A DNA stretch of 64,000 bases from contig OY970280.1 of NCBI GenBank assembly GCA_963715865.1, positions 1,440,001 through 1,504,000 of the forward strand. Reading direction: 5' to 3'. The notes beneath the pieces were generated by a model, which was given only the letters and a program-made list of their open reading frames with translations, was not told the origin of the DNA and searched no databases. Below are positions 48,202 through 58,700 of this stretch, piece after piece; within the stretch, counting starts at the first letter, position 1, and every line of letters starts with the position of its first letter. A program made the position numbers and the translations under genes. Origin of the DNA: Candidatus Bathyarchaeota archaeon (GTDB taxonomy: Archaea > Thermoproteota > Bathyarchaeia > Bathyarchaeales > Bathycorpusculaceae).

Positions 48202-50448
48202 ATGGAGGAAGGGAAAATGGGTGGCGAACTGTTATTTACTGAGCAAATGGGACTTTACGCCGTTATAGGCGTTGCAGTTGCTGCGCTCGTATATGCCGTT
48301 ATACTTGCAAGGCAAGTTTTCAAGGAACCGACTGGCTCGGGCAAAGTAAAAGAAGTCTGGGGCGGCATTAAAGCTGGCGCGAATGCCTATTTGCGAACGC
48401 AGTTAAGGTCAGTAGTGATTTTCATAGGTATCTTGGGCATTTTCCTTTACCTCTCTGCAGCACTCGCAAGCTACCCCTTCTCCATAACAATTGGAAGAGT
48501 TGGAGCGTTTTTATTGGGTTCCTTCTTCTCAGCAATGGTCGGCTACATCGGCATGAACATGGCTGTTCAAGGAAACATACGTGTTTCCGAAGCCGCAAAG
48601 AAAGGTTTTCGCGGAGCCCTTAAAATCGCATACCGCACAGGCACAATCACAGGAATGCTAACAGATGGCTTAGGTCTGCTTGGTGGAACGATAATTTTTC
48701 TGATTTTCTTGCGTAATGCTCCCGAGGTTTTATTGGGTTTTGGATTCGGAGGGACACTGTTAGCGTTGTTCATGCGTGTGGGCGGCGGAATCTACACTAA
48801 AGCCGCAGATGTAGGTGCAGACTTGGTGGGGAAAGTTGAGAAAGGAATCCCAGAGGATGATCCTCGAAACGCCGCGGTAGTGGCTGACCTTGTAGGGGAT
48901 AACGTTGGTGACTGCGCGGGTATGGCAGCAGACATCTTCGAATCCTATGAGGTAACAATGGTTGCTGCTTTGCTATTAGGCTTGGCCATCACGCCGTTTA
49001 ATTTTAAATGGATTGTTTTTCCTCTTCTAGCACGGGGAATAGGCATTATAAGCACGATTGTTGGAACTTACTTGGTTTCTCTTTGGCCTGATAAAATAAC
49101 CAAGGGCGATGCCTTCAAAGCGATGGATCTTTCGTATGACGTTTCAAGCGTGATTTCAACAGCCGGCTTTCTTGCCTTAGCGATATTTTATGTTCAAGAT
49201 ATTCGCGTGTTTATAGCCGTGACCATGGGCATTATTTTAGCCATTAGTTTCAACAAGCTTGCGAATTATTTCACAAGCCCTAACCAAAGCCCCACTACTA
49301 GAGTGGCAGCTTCAACCAAAACTGGAACGGCAACAGCGATTCTGCGTGGTCTTGCATTGGGTTTTGAAAGTACGGTGTGGACTGCCCTTGTAATAGCGCT
49401 TACTATCGTTGTTTCTGTCCTCGTCTTTAGTGGTGCAGGCGTCGTCTTTGCCATGTATGGTGTTGCCCTTGCGGGCATAGGCATGTTAACGCTTACTGGA
49501 AACAACATTGCCATGGACACCTTTGGCCCAATCGCAGATAACGCTAATGGGATAGGTGAAATGGCTGGGCTTGAAGAAGGTCCTCGGCAGATACTGGCTG
49601 ACCTTGACTCGGCAGGCAACACAACAAAAGCCGTAACCAAAGCCATAGCCATAGCCTCAGCAGTTTTAGCTGCCGTGTCACTGTTTGCCGCGTTCACAGA
49701 AGCAGTTCCAGGGTTGAAACTTGACATAGCTGCTGACCCAATGGTTTTTGTGGGTCTCTTGATTGGTGCTGCCCTTCCATTCTTATTCAGCTTCATCTCC
49801 ATCCGAGCGGTAAGTAGAGCAGCGGAAAAAATTATTGAGGAGGTTAGGGAGCAGTTCCGAATTCCAGGTGTAATGGAGGGTAAGCGGCTTCCTGACTACG
49901 CTAGAGTGGTTAAGATTTGCACCTCAGCTGCTCAACGGGAGCTTGCAAGCTTAGCCATAATTGCCATACTTTCGCCGTTGCTGGTTGGGTCGTTGTTGGA
50001 TTCATCTGCGTGGGGTGGCTTCTTGGCGGGGGTCATCTTGACAGGTCAGCTGCTGGCGGTTTTCATGGCAAACTCGGGTGGCGCTTGGGATAATGCGAAG
50101 AAGAAGATTGAAGATGGCTACTATGGTGGCAAGGGTTCGGAAGAGCATAAGGCTTCGGTTCAATGCGACACTGTTGGTGACCCGTTGAAGGATACGGCTG
50201 GTCCATCGTTGAATCCAATGATAAAAGTGATAAACCTGATTTCGCTACTCTTTGCGCCAGTGATATTGAAGCTTAAGAATATGGCAATTTACCAAATTCC
50301 AGGCACTGAAGTAAGAATACCTGTGGTTTCAATGATTGTTTCCGTAATCTTAGCAGTCATCATCGCAGCTGCAATTTTGTACAGCAAAAGAGAAAAATTT
50401 GAAGAACCAGAAAAACCAAACAAGAAAATCAACGAAAAACCAACTTAG
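48202..50448 (+). CDS. hppA: Membrane-bound ion-translocating pyrophosphatase, K+-independent (H+) type by motif
   Basis: GGGIYTKAADVGADLVGKVE, DDPRN, DNVGD, GNTTKA (Lys at the K+-dependence site), GGAWDNAKK, GDPLKDTAGPS. Confidence 0.93.
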   Translation: MEEGKMGGELLFTEQMGLYAVIGVAVAALVYAVILARQVFKEPTGSGKVKEVWGGIKAGANAYLRTQLRSVVIFIGILGIFLYLSAALASYPFSITIGRVGAFLLGSFFSAMVGYIGMNMAVQGNIRVSEAAKKGFRGALKIAYRTGTITGMLTDGLGLLGGTIIFLIFLRNAPEVLLGFGFGGTLLALFMRVGGGIYTKAADVGADLVGKVEKGIPEDDPRNAAVVADLVGDNVGDCAGMAADIFESYEVTMVAALLLGLAITPFNFKWIVFPLLARGIGIISTIVGTYLVSLWPDKITKGDAFKAMDLSYDVSSVISTAGFLALAIFYVQDIRVFIAVTMGIILAISFNKLANYFTSPNQSPTTRVAASTKTGTATAILRGLALGFESTVWTALVIALTIVVSVLVFSGAGVVFAMYGVALAGIGMLTLTGNNIAMDTFGPIADNANGIGEMAGLEEGPRQILADLDSAGNTTKAVTKAIAIASAVLAAVSLFAAFTEAVPGLKLDIAADPMVFVGLLIGAALPFLFSFISIRAVSRAAEKIIEEVREQFRIPGVMEGKRLPDYARVVKICTSAAQRELASLAIIAILSPLLVGSLLDSSAWGGFLAGVILTGQLLAVFMANSGGAWDNAKKKIEDGYYGGKGSEEHKASVQCDTVGDPLKDTAGPSLNPMIKVINLISLLFAPVILKLKNMAIYQIPGTEVRIPVVSMIVSVILAVIIAAAILYSKREKFEEPEKPNKKINEKPT

Positions 50449-50550
50449 TCATCAAATCTTGGGTGTTGCTCTATTCGCTAATTAGCGATTTTACACCCAA
50501 ATCCTTTAGAAGCTACCTTTCACAAAAAAGGTATCAATAAGTGAATCGCA

Positions 50551-51111
50551 GTGAAAAAGTGGAGCCAGAAACGGTCAGTGATGCGGCGTTATGACTTAAC
50601 CTCGCAGATGTACAATCAACGGTATGCTGAAGAGCAAGAAGCCAAGTACAAAGCTGCCCTTGAAGGCTTGCGCAACAGCGTAAATGTTGATAGCGCTGTT
50701 TTGGATGTTGGATGTGGCACAGGACTCTTTTTCAACCATGTTGCCGCTCAAGCGAATATGGTAGTGGGCGTTGACGTTTCACGCAAACTACTGCTTAAGG
50801 CTAAAGAGCAAGCGGGCGCTTTGCAGAACGTTTCGGTTTTGCAGGCTGATGCTGACTACTTGCCTTTTCGAGACGCGTTTTTTGATGCTGTTTTCGCGTT
50901 TACGGTACTTCAGAACATGCCCAAGCCCTCTAAAACATTAAACGAGTTAAAGCGTGTTGTCAAGCTTGGCGGCAGGGTTGTGGTGACTGGGTTGAAGAAG
51001 GCTTTTCCGCTGGACAAATTCATGGATGTTCTTGAAGGCTCTGGTTTAAGCGTGGTTTCTTTTGTGGATAATGAAGATTTGAAGTGTTATGTTGCTGTGC
51101 TAGCCGCTTAG
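50551..51111 (+). CDS. Class I SAM-dependent methyltransferase
   Basis: VLDVGCGTG, VGVDVS, ADADYLPFRDAFFD. Confidence 0.88.
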   Translation: MKKWSQKRSVMRRYDLTSQMYNQRYAEEQEAKYKAALEGLRNSVNVDSAVLDVGCGTGLFFNHVAAQANMVVGVDVSRKLLLKAKEQAGALQNVSVLQADADYLPFRDAFFDAVFAFTVLQNMPKPSKTLNELKRVVKLGGRVVVTGLKKAFPLDKFMDVLEGSGLSVVSFVDNEDLKCYVAVLAA

Positions 51112-51336
51112 CATTTGCGTCCGCTACTGCGCCCCGTGTTTTTTAACATCAAAAAAGCGGTATTAAGCGTGTAAGCGCCAACAAAAAGATAGCTTTCTTT
51201 GCATTAACAAAATAGCATAGCGAAAATGATTCAACCATGCAGGTCATGGGAATAATCAGCACCAACATGTCAAATTGTTTTAATAATACGCTTTTCAATA
51301 GATACGACGCTCCAATGTAGAGGCAAAGAAACCTTA

Positions 51337-53262
51337 ATGCTAATCCAAGAAGTTATACTTGAAAACTTCATGAGTTACGAGTACGCTAGAGTACCGTTTA
51401 AACCTGGCGTAAACGTGATTGGTGGACCCAACGGAGCAGGAAAATCCTCACTGCTGCTGGCAATATCTGTTGCCTTGGGACAATCATACACGGAACGCTC
51501 AAGAAAACTCAGCGATTTAATCCGCTGGGGAAAAGACCAAGCGCGAGTAACGCTCATTTTAGATAACAGCAAAATGGGAAACAAACGCCCAGTACCAAAA
51601 TATCTAAAAGACCAACTGTTCCTAACCCGCGTGTTGCGCCGTGACGGCAAATACGGGTTTGAACTTGAAAACCGAGCCGTCGGCAAACAAGATGTTGAAA
51701 GGTTACTCGGCAGGTTCGGCGTTGACCCAGACAACATGCTCATCATCATGCACCAGAACATGGTTGAACAATTCACCGTGTTGAGCAATACAGAAAAACT
51801 ACGCATGGTTGAAGAAGCAGTCGGCTTAGAACCTTTCCGCGAAAACGTCCTGCAAGCAAAAACAAAACTTATGCGAATTCTCACACAAGAAGAATCCGTA
51901 AGCAAACTTTTAGAGTCAGCACAGCAAACGCTCAATTACTGGCGTGAACAATACGAAAAATACCAAGAAAAAAAGCAACTGCAGATTAAACGGAGATTTT
52001 TGGACCGCGAATTAACTTGGGCAGAAGTTGAAAGACGCGAAAGCATAGTTAAAAGTTTACAATCAAACCTGAACAAAAACCAAGAAGCGCTTAGCAAAAT
52101 CGAAGAGGAAAAACAAGCCATAATTACCCAACTAAACAATCAGCAGAACCAGCAGGAAACACTGAAAAAAGAAGCCAGGACAGTTTTTGATGAACGATTA
52201 AGCCTTGAACACGAAATCGCTCAAAACCAATCCACACAGTCACTGATTGGACAGTTGCTTGAAGAAACACAAGTGCTGGAGCAAGCAATCCAGAACAGCA
52301 AAGGCCAACTTAAGCTGCTTAGAAACGAAAACCTTAAAGAAATGCTGAAAAACTCACAGCAGCAAATCTCCAAGGCAAACGAGCAAGTCAAAGAGAACCA
52401 AGCAAAAATGCTCAATCTGGAAGAATCAGCTGACAAGGTTACAGGCGAAGTGTTAGAGAAACGGGTAAACCTTGCCCTGCTTGAGTATAAGCGAGCAAAC
52501 GCAATTGTCAACCTAAAAGACATTGAAAAATCGCTAAAGGAAGCCCAAGAAAACTTAAAGACAACATTTCTTAATGCGGAACAGTCTGGTGAACGAATAG
52601 CAGTTTTAAAAAGCGCTTCTGAAATCCAAGATGAAATCAGCTTAACAGGTGGACACTTAGCAGCACTTGCCGACGTTTCAGAAGACATAGAACGCCAGTA
52701 CGAATCCTACTCGAAACTTTACTTAGAGCTGAAGGAAAAAGCACAACTTGTAGCTGAAAACCGCGAGAAAACCCTCGAAGAAGTCAAAATCAGAATGCAA
52801 GCATGGCGAACAGTCATGCAAAACCTGCTTGACCGAGTGAACTTGGAATACCAGAAAATCATGAGACAAACCTTAGCAGCAGGCGAAGTGCAACTATCAA
52901 ATGCTCAAGACATTGAAACTGCTGGATTAGAAATACTCGTTGGCTTCAAAGGCGGAAAACCAGTAGCATTAGACGCTTACACGCAAAGCGGCGGCGAAAG
53001 AACCACAGCAACCATGAGTTTTCTCTTAGCCTTGCAGCAGCATGTACGCTCACCATTCCGAGCAGTAGACGAATATGATATTCACATGGACCCGAAAAAC
53101 CGCGAAATGATTGCAAAAATCCTTCTTTCCATTATTAAAGATGCAAACGCTCAATACGTGGTAATCACTCCAAGCCAAATCACCTTTGCCCAGCAAAACG
53201 CTAACGTCATTACGGTTCAGAATATTGAAGGAAAATCAGTTGTTCGTGAGGTGGCGGCATAA
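51337..53262 (+). CDS. Short SMC-like ATPase (641 aa, no recognisable hinge)
   Basis: ENFMSY, Walker A GPNGAGKS, Q-loop MHQ, long coiled coil, signature QSGGE, Walker B/D-loop AVDEYDIHMD, ITP switch. Confidence 0.9.
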   Translation: MLIQEVILENFMSYEYARVPFKPGVNVIGGPNGAGKSSLLLAISVALGQSYTERSRKLSDLIRWGKDQARVTLILDNSKMGNKRPVPKYLKDQLFLTRVLRRDGKYGFELENRAVGKQDVERLLGRFGVDPDNMLIIMHQNMVEQFTVLSNTEKLRMVEEAVGLEPFRENVLQAKTKLMRILTQEESVSKLLESAQQTLNYWREQYEKYQEKKQLQIKRRFLDRELTWAEVERRESIVKSLQSNLNKNQEALSKIEEEKQAIITQLNNQQNQQETLKKEARTVFDERLSLEHEIAQNQSTQSLIGQLLEETQVLEQAIQNSKGQLKLLRNENLKEMLKNSQQQISKANEQVKENQAKMLNLEESADKVTGEVLEKRVNLALLEYKRANAIVNLKDIEKSLKEAQENLKTTFLNAEQSGERIAVLKSASEIQDEISLTGGHLAALADVSEDIERQYESYSKLYLELKEKAQLVAENREKTLEEVKIRMQAWRTVMQNLLDRVNLEYQKIMRQTLAAGEVQLSNAQDIETAGLEILVGFKGGKPVALDAYTQSGGERTTATMSFLLALQQHVRSPFRAVDEYDIHMDPKNREMIAKILLSIIKDANAQYVVITPSQITFAQQNANVITVQNIEGKSVVREVAA

Positions 53263-54089
53263 TGCAGTCAACGAAAGAACCCAAGAAACTAGGCAGAGAA
53301 AGACTTGAACGCATAATTGAAATGTGTATTGTCATAGAAAACCACACTGTAGACCCTTTCACGCTAAATATTGACGAAATAATCAAAGTAGTCAAAGAGT
53401 ATTTTCCGCACTGGCAAAACCCTGACGAGTTAAAACTAGACGCTGAAACGCTTCACCATTTAGCTTCAGTTATTAAATTGCAAAGTGAATGGGTGAAACA
53501 GAGATCAACTTCGCTTTACACTGACCCGTTTCTTTTAGAAGAAAAAATCCTGCAAATAGGCAAGCAAGAGATGGTTAATGTTTTTCTTAAGGCGTGGCAT
53601 CCACTAATCGAGTTTGAACAGATTAGCCTTAACAGTTTGGCGCAGGGATTGCTCTATTGGGAAGCGTTGGCTCCTCTTGGCGAACGATGGAAAGACCTTG
53701 ATGTTTCTGAGGTTTCAATGGGTTTTGCAAGCAGAGATGAATTGATTAAGCAAGGAGTTTTAGGCGATAGGGAGTTTTCTGAGGAATTGAATTGTTACTG
53801 GCAAGAACTCAGAGATTGCGTTGCCAAGAAAGGACAAGATGGCAAAATCCAATATTGGGATTTTATTGGCGCTGACACTTACGAAGAAACAGTTCAAAGA
53901 GCTTTCTTAACGAGTTTTTTGGTTACTTATGGCTACGCAACGTTGGAGATTGACAGGTTAGAAGAGCAAGTTTTCATTAAACCCTTCGATAAACAGAAAA
54001 CGGAAATTTTAACGCAACAGTCAACATCGGTTCCCATTGCCGTCTCATTTGAAGATTGGCAGAAATGGAAAAGAGGCGAATTAGATTGA
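53262..54089 (+). CDS. Kleisin (ScpA-like) subunit
   Basis: N-terminal VDPFTLNIDEII...LASVIKLQS helical motif; C-terminal wHTH YWDFI...RAFLTSFLVTYGYATLE..VFI. The start overlaps the SMC stop (TAATG). Confidence 0.72.
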   Translation: MQSTKEPKKLGRERLERIIEMCIVIENHTVDPFTLNIDEIIKVVKEYFPHWQNPDELKLDAETLHHLASVIKLQSEWVKQRSTSLYTDPFLLEEKILQIGKQEMVNVFLKAWHPLIEFEQISLNSLAQGLLYWEALAPLGERWKDLDVSEVSMGFASRDELIKQGVLGDREFSEELNCYWQELRDCVAKKGQDGKIQYWDFIGADTYEETVQRAFLTSFLVTYGYATLEIDRLEEQVFIKPFDKQKTEILTQQSTSVPIAVSFEDWQKWKRGELD

Positions 54090-54703
54090 GCAAGAAAAAA
54101 GGCGTTTACGGTAGCAAAGTGAAGAAGACAACGCAGATGCTCTTCTACAAGCGACACCAAAAACCAGGCGTTAAAGGTTGGGAACTACGCAAAGCGTTAG
54201 GTTCAGATTACCCTAAAGTGCTTGATTTACTTGATGATTACTTGAAACCGCTGGATTTGCAGGTTAAAACTGTTTTTGAAGAAGAGAAAACTCCAGAGAA
54301 GCCAACGTTAGAGGAGCTTGATAAGGCAAGGTTCTATGTTGCTTTGCGTGGCGATTTGCCTGTTAAGGATAAACTGCTGGGTTGGCGCATTGACGATTTA
54401 GCAGGCTTAGCCATAACAATCTCTTTCATAATCAGCAAGAAAGGGCAAGTAGCACGCAAAGACGTTGAAAAACTGCTCAGCGAGAAGATGCCGAACTGGA
54501 AAGTTGGCTTAAACATTGACAGGTACATTCGCTACGGCTACTTAACGCAAGATGATAATGGTCAATTGTTTCTGGATTGGAGAACAAGGGCAGAAGTGGA
54601 CCAAAAAGCGCTTATCAACATGCTGCTGTCAACTGACGCACAAAAAGCAGAAACCGCTGAACCTAAGGAAGAAGAACCTCAAGAACAAGAAAACGAGCAA
54701 TAG
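54056..54703 (+). CDS. KITE-type tandem winged-helix subunit (ScpB/Nse1/MukE-like)
   Basis: Two wHTH-like halves (GWELRKALGSDYPKVLDLLDDYL; DVEKLL...NIDRYIRYGYL...FLDWRTRAEV); overlaps the kleisin gene. Start uncertain. Confidence 0.65.
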   Translation: MAEMEKRRIRLSKKKGVYGSKVKKTTQMLFYKRHQKPGVKGWELRKALGSDYPKVLDLLDDYLKPLDLQVKTVFEEEKTPEKPTLEELDKARFYVALRGDLPVKDKLLGWRIDDLAGLAITISFIISKKGQVARKDVEKLLSEKMPNWKVGLNIDRYIRYGYLTQDDNGQLFLDWRTRAEVDQKALINMLLSTDAQKAETAEPKEEEPQEQENEQ

Positions 54704-54923
54704 CTTCTTTGACTCGCACCATTAGCTCATCCAGAGTCTTTGCCTGCGTATGACACCCAGGAAGCTCAGGAACAGAGGCAACAAGGTATCCTGCCTCATC
54801 ATTTTCAACAACAAGCAACGAACTGACAATAAAAGCTTGTCCCGAATTAATCGGTAAATGCTTCCCATGTTCAGGCGTGATAATCAAAAATTGATAACCT
54901 AATAGATTAGCCACATCTAGCAA
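54663..54923 (-). CDS. HicB-like antitoxin domain (orphan, possibly a remnant)
   Basis: VVENDEAGYLVASVPELPGCHTQAKTLDELMVRVKEAI is the HicB N-terminal motif; no HicA seen adjacent. Confidence 0.65.
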   Translation of the reverse strand: MLDVANLLGYQFLIITPEHGKHLPINSGQAFIVSSLLVVENDEAGYLVASVPELPGCHTQAKTLDELMVRVKEAIARFLVLEVLLP

Positions 54924-54959
54924 AACGTTTCATCGCCTAGTCAGCCAGTTACGAACTGC

Positions 54960-55397
54960 TTAGGTGATACTAACGTTCTGAATGTCGAAATACCTTTTTG
55001 CTAAAAAGCGCAGACGTTCGGCGTTTTTGCCGTTCTTGCCTATGGCGACGCCCTTGTCTTTCGGGTTGACGGTTATGACTGCCATCTTTTTGCCATCTGT
55101 TCGCTCGGTAACGCGTATCTCTCTGACTGCTGCTGGCTTTAGGGCGTTTTTCATGAATTGAACTGGGTCTTCGCTGTACTCGATGATTTCATGTTTTTTG
55201 CCTGTCATTCGCTCGAGTGTGTGGATGTTTCTGCCGCCTTTTCCTATGGCTACGCCCACTTGGCCTTGGTTGACGATGAATATTGCTCGTTCCTGTTCCT
55301 CATCGATTATGCAGTCTTTCACGCTGGCGCCGCTTACGCTTTCAAACAAAGCGATGTATCGCATTTCGTCGCAGGTGATTTTTATGCCGGTTGTCAG
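54960..55397 (-). CDS. nusA: Archaeal NusA (KH domains)
   Basis: GVAIGKGGRNI, KGVAIGKNGKN. Probable CTG start at 55397 after GGAGG (TTGIKITCDEMRYIALFE); the ORF track starts at the internal ATG 55364. Confidence 0.93.
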   Translation of the reverse strand: MTTGIKITCDEMRYIALFESVSGASVKDCIIDEEQERAIFIVNQGQVGVAIGKGGRNIHTLERMTGKKHEIIEYSEDPVQFMKNALKPAAVREIRVTERTDGKKMAVITVNPKDKGVAIGKNGKNAERLRFLAKRYFDIQNVSIT

Positions 55398-55413
55398 TTT
55401 TTTTCCTCCATTT

Positions 55414-55725
55414 TTATTCTTTAATTTCTTCTGTTATTTTGAGAATTTCTGAGTCCCCGGCTTCTCTTATGCTTAATGCTGATATAATAAAGAGTTTTTT
55501 GCAGACTTCCGCTAAATCCATTGAGCCACCTTTGTATGTTATCACGGGGACTTTAGAGATTTCACCATAGTATTCTATCTGTTCTTTTATGTCTTTTGGA
55601 CAGTTAGAGGCTAAAACTATCATCTTAGCCTTGCCAGTTTTAGCGTTTTGCAATGCAACATTGGATCCGAAAGATACTTTGCCAGTTTTCACTGCTGTCG
55701 CTAACGCTTTATCTATATCTATCAT
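55414..55725 (-). CDS. rpl30e: 50S ribosomal protein L30e
   Basis: AVKTGKVSFGS...KMIVLASNCP...ISALSIREAGDSEI. Confidence 0.95.
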   Translation of the reverse strand: MIDIDKALATAVKTGKVSFGSNVALQNAKTGKAKMIVLASNCPKDIKEQIEYYGEISKVPVITYKGGSMDLAEVCKKLFIISALSIREAGDSEILKITEEIKE

Positions 55726-58700
55726 GCTTCTGTTTTTCCTCCTTGTTTTACTTGCTTTTCAAACGTTGACATATACAACTCAACTAAGCCTGTGCCGATC
55801 GGTATCGACTGCCCGACTATAACGTTTTCTGTTACACCTGCCAACGGGTCAATTTCACCTTTCACCGCTGCTTCAACAATGTTAGGCACTGTAATTTCGA
55901 ATGCCGCTCGAGCTAAAACACTTGCTTTCTTGCCGCTAATGCCGTGCCTGCCAATCTGCTGCACATCACCTGTTGTAGTCATCATGTCTGCTACGAGCAT
56001 GACATGGCGTACATCAACATCTAAGCCTTGGTCCTCCAAGACGCCTTTTGCCTCGTTGACTAACGCGTTTCTTGAAGCTTCCACACCGAGAGTTTTAGCT
56101 ATTTCGTGAATGTTGTTGGTGGTTGTTCGTGAAGTGTCTACACCTTTAACCTCTAAGACTTTAGATAGGTTGGAGCCGTCAGTTCGTATTACCCATTCTC
56201 CGTGTTCTTCAGTAACCAGCACACGTTTAATGTCGGGTACACCTTTAACTTGAAAACTTGGAATCTTGGTTAGCAGTCTCTTTAGTTGTTCAGCTTTTTT
56301 CGGCTTAATCTGCACTGTATCATCAGTAACTGTAACAGTTGCGTTTTGCAATTCCATCCGTTCTTTTAGCTCATCCATTGTTATGGCTCTGTCTTCCATC
56401 ATTGACTTGTTTAATTCAATAACGATTTCCTCGCGCACAGGGTCTTCGTAGATTGCTGAAGCCAAGTCTTCTACAGAAGTGTAAATTATGTTTCGAGCGA
56501 TTTCCACTGCGCTCTCTTTGTTCTTCGCATGTTCGCCATTTAAGTAGATGGCCATGATTGGCGTTGAAGGAATCCTGCGTGCATCAACAATTTCAATGAG
56601 TCTTGGCAAGCCTAAGGTGACGTTTTGTTCTTTGACACCAGCATAGTGGAAGGTTCTAAGAGTCATTTGAGTGCCTGGTTCACCTATTGATTGAGCAGCA
56701 ACGATTCCAACTGCTTCACCTGGCTCCATTAAAGCACGCTTATACTGCTCAGCAGTCAAAGTTGCGGCTTTTTCAACACCTTTCTTGGTAAGTTTGTTCT
56801 TTGCGAAGTTTTGTTTAAGCTGATTCATCAAAATCGGCGTAAGCTGCTTCTCAACACCTTTCAACTGTTTCTTGATGTCCTCTGGAGATGCTGGTTCACC
56901 TTTTTCTTCGCCGATTTTTATTTGGTCAATGAGTCGGCTTACGTTTACTGCTTTGCCGTGGTCGCTTTTAGCTGGGTCAACACCGTCTTCGCCATACCTG
57001 AACTGGATGATGTCGCCTGCTGAATCACGTACTGTGCTGTCGTATTCAAGACGGATGTGTTCAAGCGCGTTGATTAGCCTTCGCTGCATGTAACCGCTTT
57101 GTTGTGTGCGGACGGCTGTGTCAACTAGGCCTTCTCTGCCACCCATAGCGTGGAAGAAGAATTCAATCGCATCCAAGCCTGTCTGGTAAGAATTGTAGAC
57201 GAAGCCTCTTGCTCTTGGACTTGGGTCGCCATCAACAAAGTGCGGTAACGCTCTTCCTGCGTAGCCCCTTAGGATACGTTTGCCTCGCACTGATTGTTGT
57301 CCAACGCAAGCAGCCATTTGACCAATGTTTAAGCTTGAGCCTCTTGCGCCGGTTCTTGTCATGACGATGCCTGCGTTTTCTAGTGTGAAGTCTTCGTCTG
57401 CTATTTTGCCTGCTTCATCTCTGGCTGTGGCAAGTTCGTGCATGACGTAGATTTCGAAGGATTCCTCTAAGGTTTGTCCTGGCAAGCGTGGTAATTTTCC
57501 GTTGCGGTAGTTTTCGATGTGTTCATCGATTTTCTTTTGGATGCGTTCCATTGTTTTTGCTATGCGGTTGCGGGCTCTCGGCGAGAGAACTAGTTGGTCG
57601 TAGGTGTAGCTGAAGCCTCGCATTGAAATGAATAGCTTTAGCAAGTGAGTTATCTTATTGAGGAATTCTCGTCCTGCTTGGGTGCCGTAATCTTTGATAA
57701 TTCTGTGAAGGAGACTTTCGGATTGCTCAGCACCGATTGAACGCCTATCAATGATGCCTGAAACTAACTGGCCATTTTTGACCACTACGTAAGCGTCGTG
57801 CTTGCACTCTTCTTCTTCACATTTAGTGCAGCCTTGACAAATATTGGCTTTCAAAACGTAATTCAACGTTTTCGGCAGAAATAGGCTGAATATTTGTTTG
57901 CCTGACCACATGGGTTGCGGCGTCTTAATTTCTGGTTCTGGCAGTTCCTCAACGTATCCTGTTGTAGTTAGCAGCCTGTTAACCTCGCCTCTTGTCAAGT
58001 AGTTTCCTTTTCGAGTAAAATAATAGGCACTTGTGATAAAGTCCCTTATAGCACCGATAATGGGTCCGCCAAATCTGGGCGAGAGGATTTGGTCTTGAAC
58101 CTGCATTAGAAGGAGTGCTTCTGTTCGTGCTTCTTCACTTTGTGGAACGTGAAGGTTCATTTCGTCGCCGTCAAAGTCAGCGTTGTAAGGTGGGCAAACA
58201 CATAGGTGCAGGCGGAAAGTCTTGTATGGCAAAACCCGTACGTAATGAGCCATGATGGACATGCGGTGAAGTGAAGGCTGCCGGTTAAAGATTGCAATAT
58301 CACCGTTCTTGAGGTGCCGTTCAACTACGAACCCTAACTCTACTGCTTCAGCGATTTTGGTTCGGTCAACAACGAATTCTAGCCTTATGCGCTTGCCATC
58401 TGGCCTAATAATGTATAATGCGCCAGGATAGTTTTCTGGACCGTTAACTACGAGTTTCTTCATTTCCTCAATATTCCATGCAGTAACTTTTTCTGGCACA
58501 GATAACCGCATGGCAATATCCTGCGGAACACCAACCTCGTTAATGTCAAGGTTCGGGTCGGGAGAAATGACCGTGCGTGCTGAAAAGTCAACTCGTTTGC
58601 CTGAAAGGTTGCTTCTGAAGCGACCTTCCTTTCCCTTGAGCCTTTGCGAGAGAGTTTTTAATGCTCTGCCACTGCGGTGTCTTGCCGGCGGAATGCCTGA

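Noticed and set aside
51337-54703. Calling the SMC operon a Wadjet defence system
   Set aside because: No JetD/Toprim nuclease is adjacent, the gene order differs, the ATPase is much shorter, and the context is core-genome.
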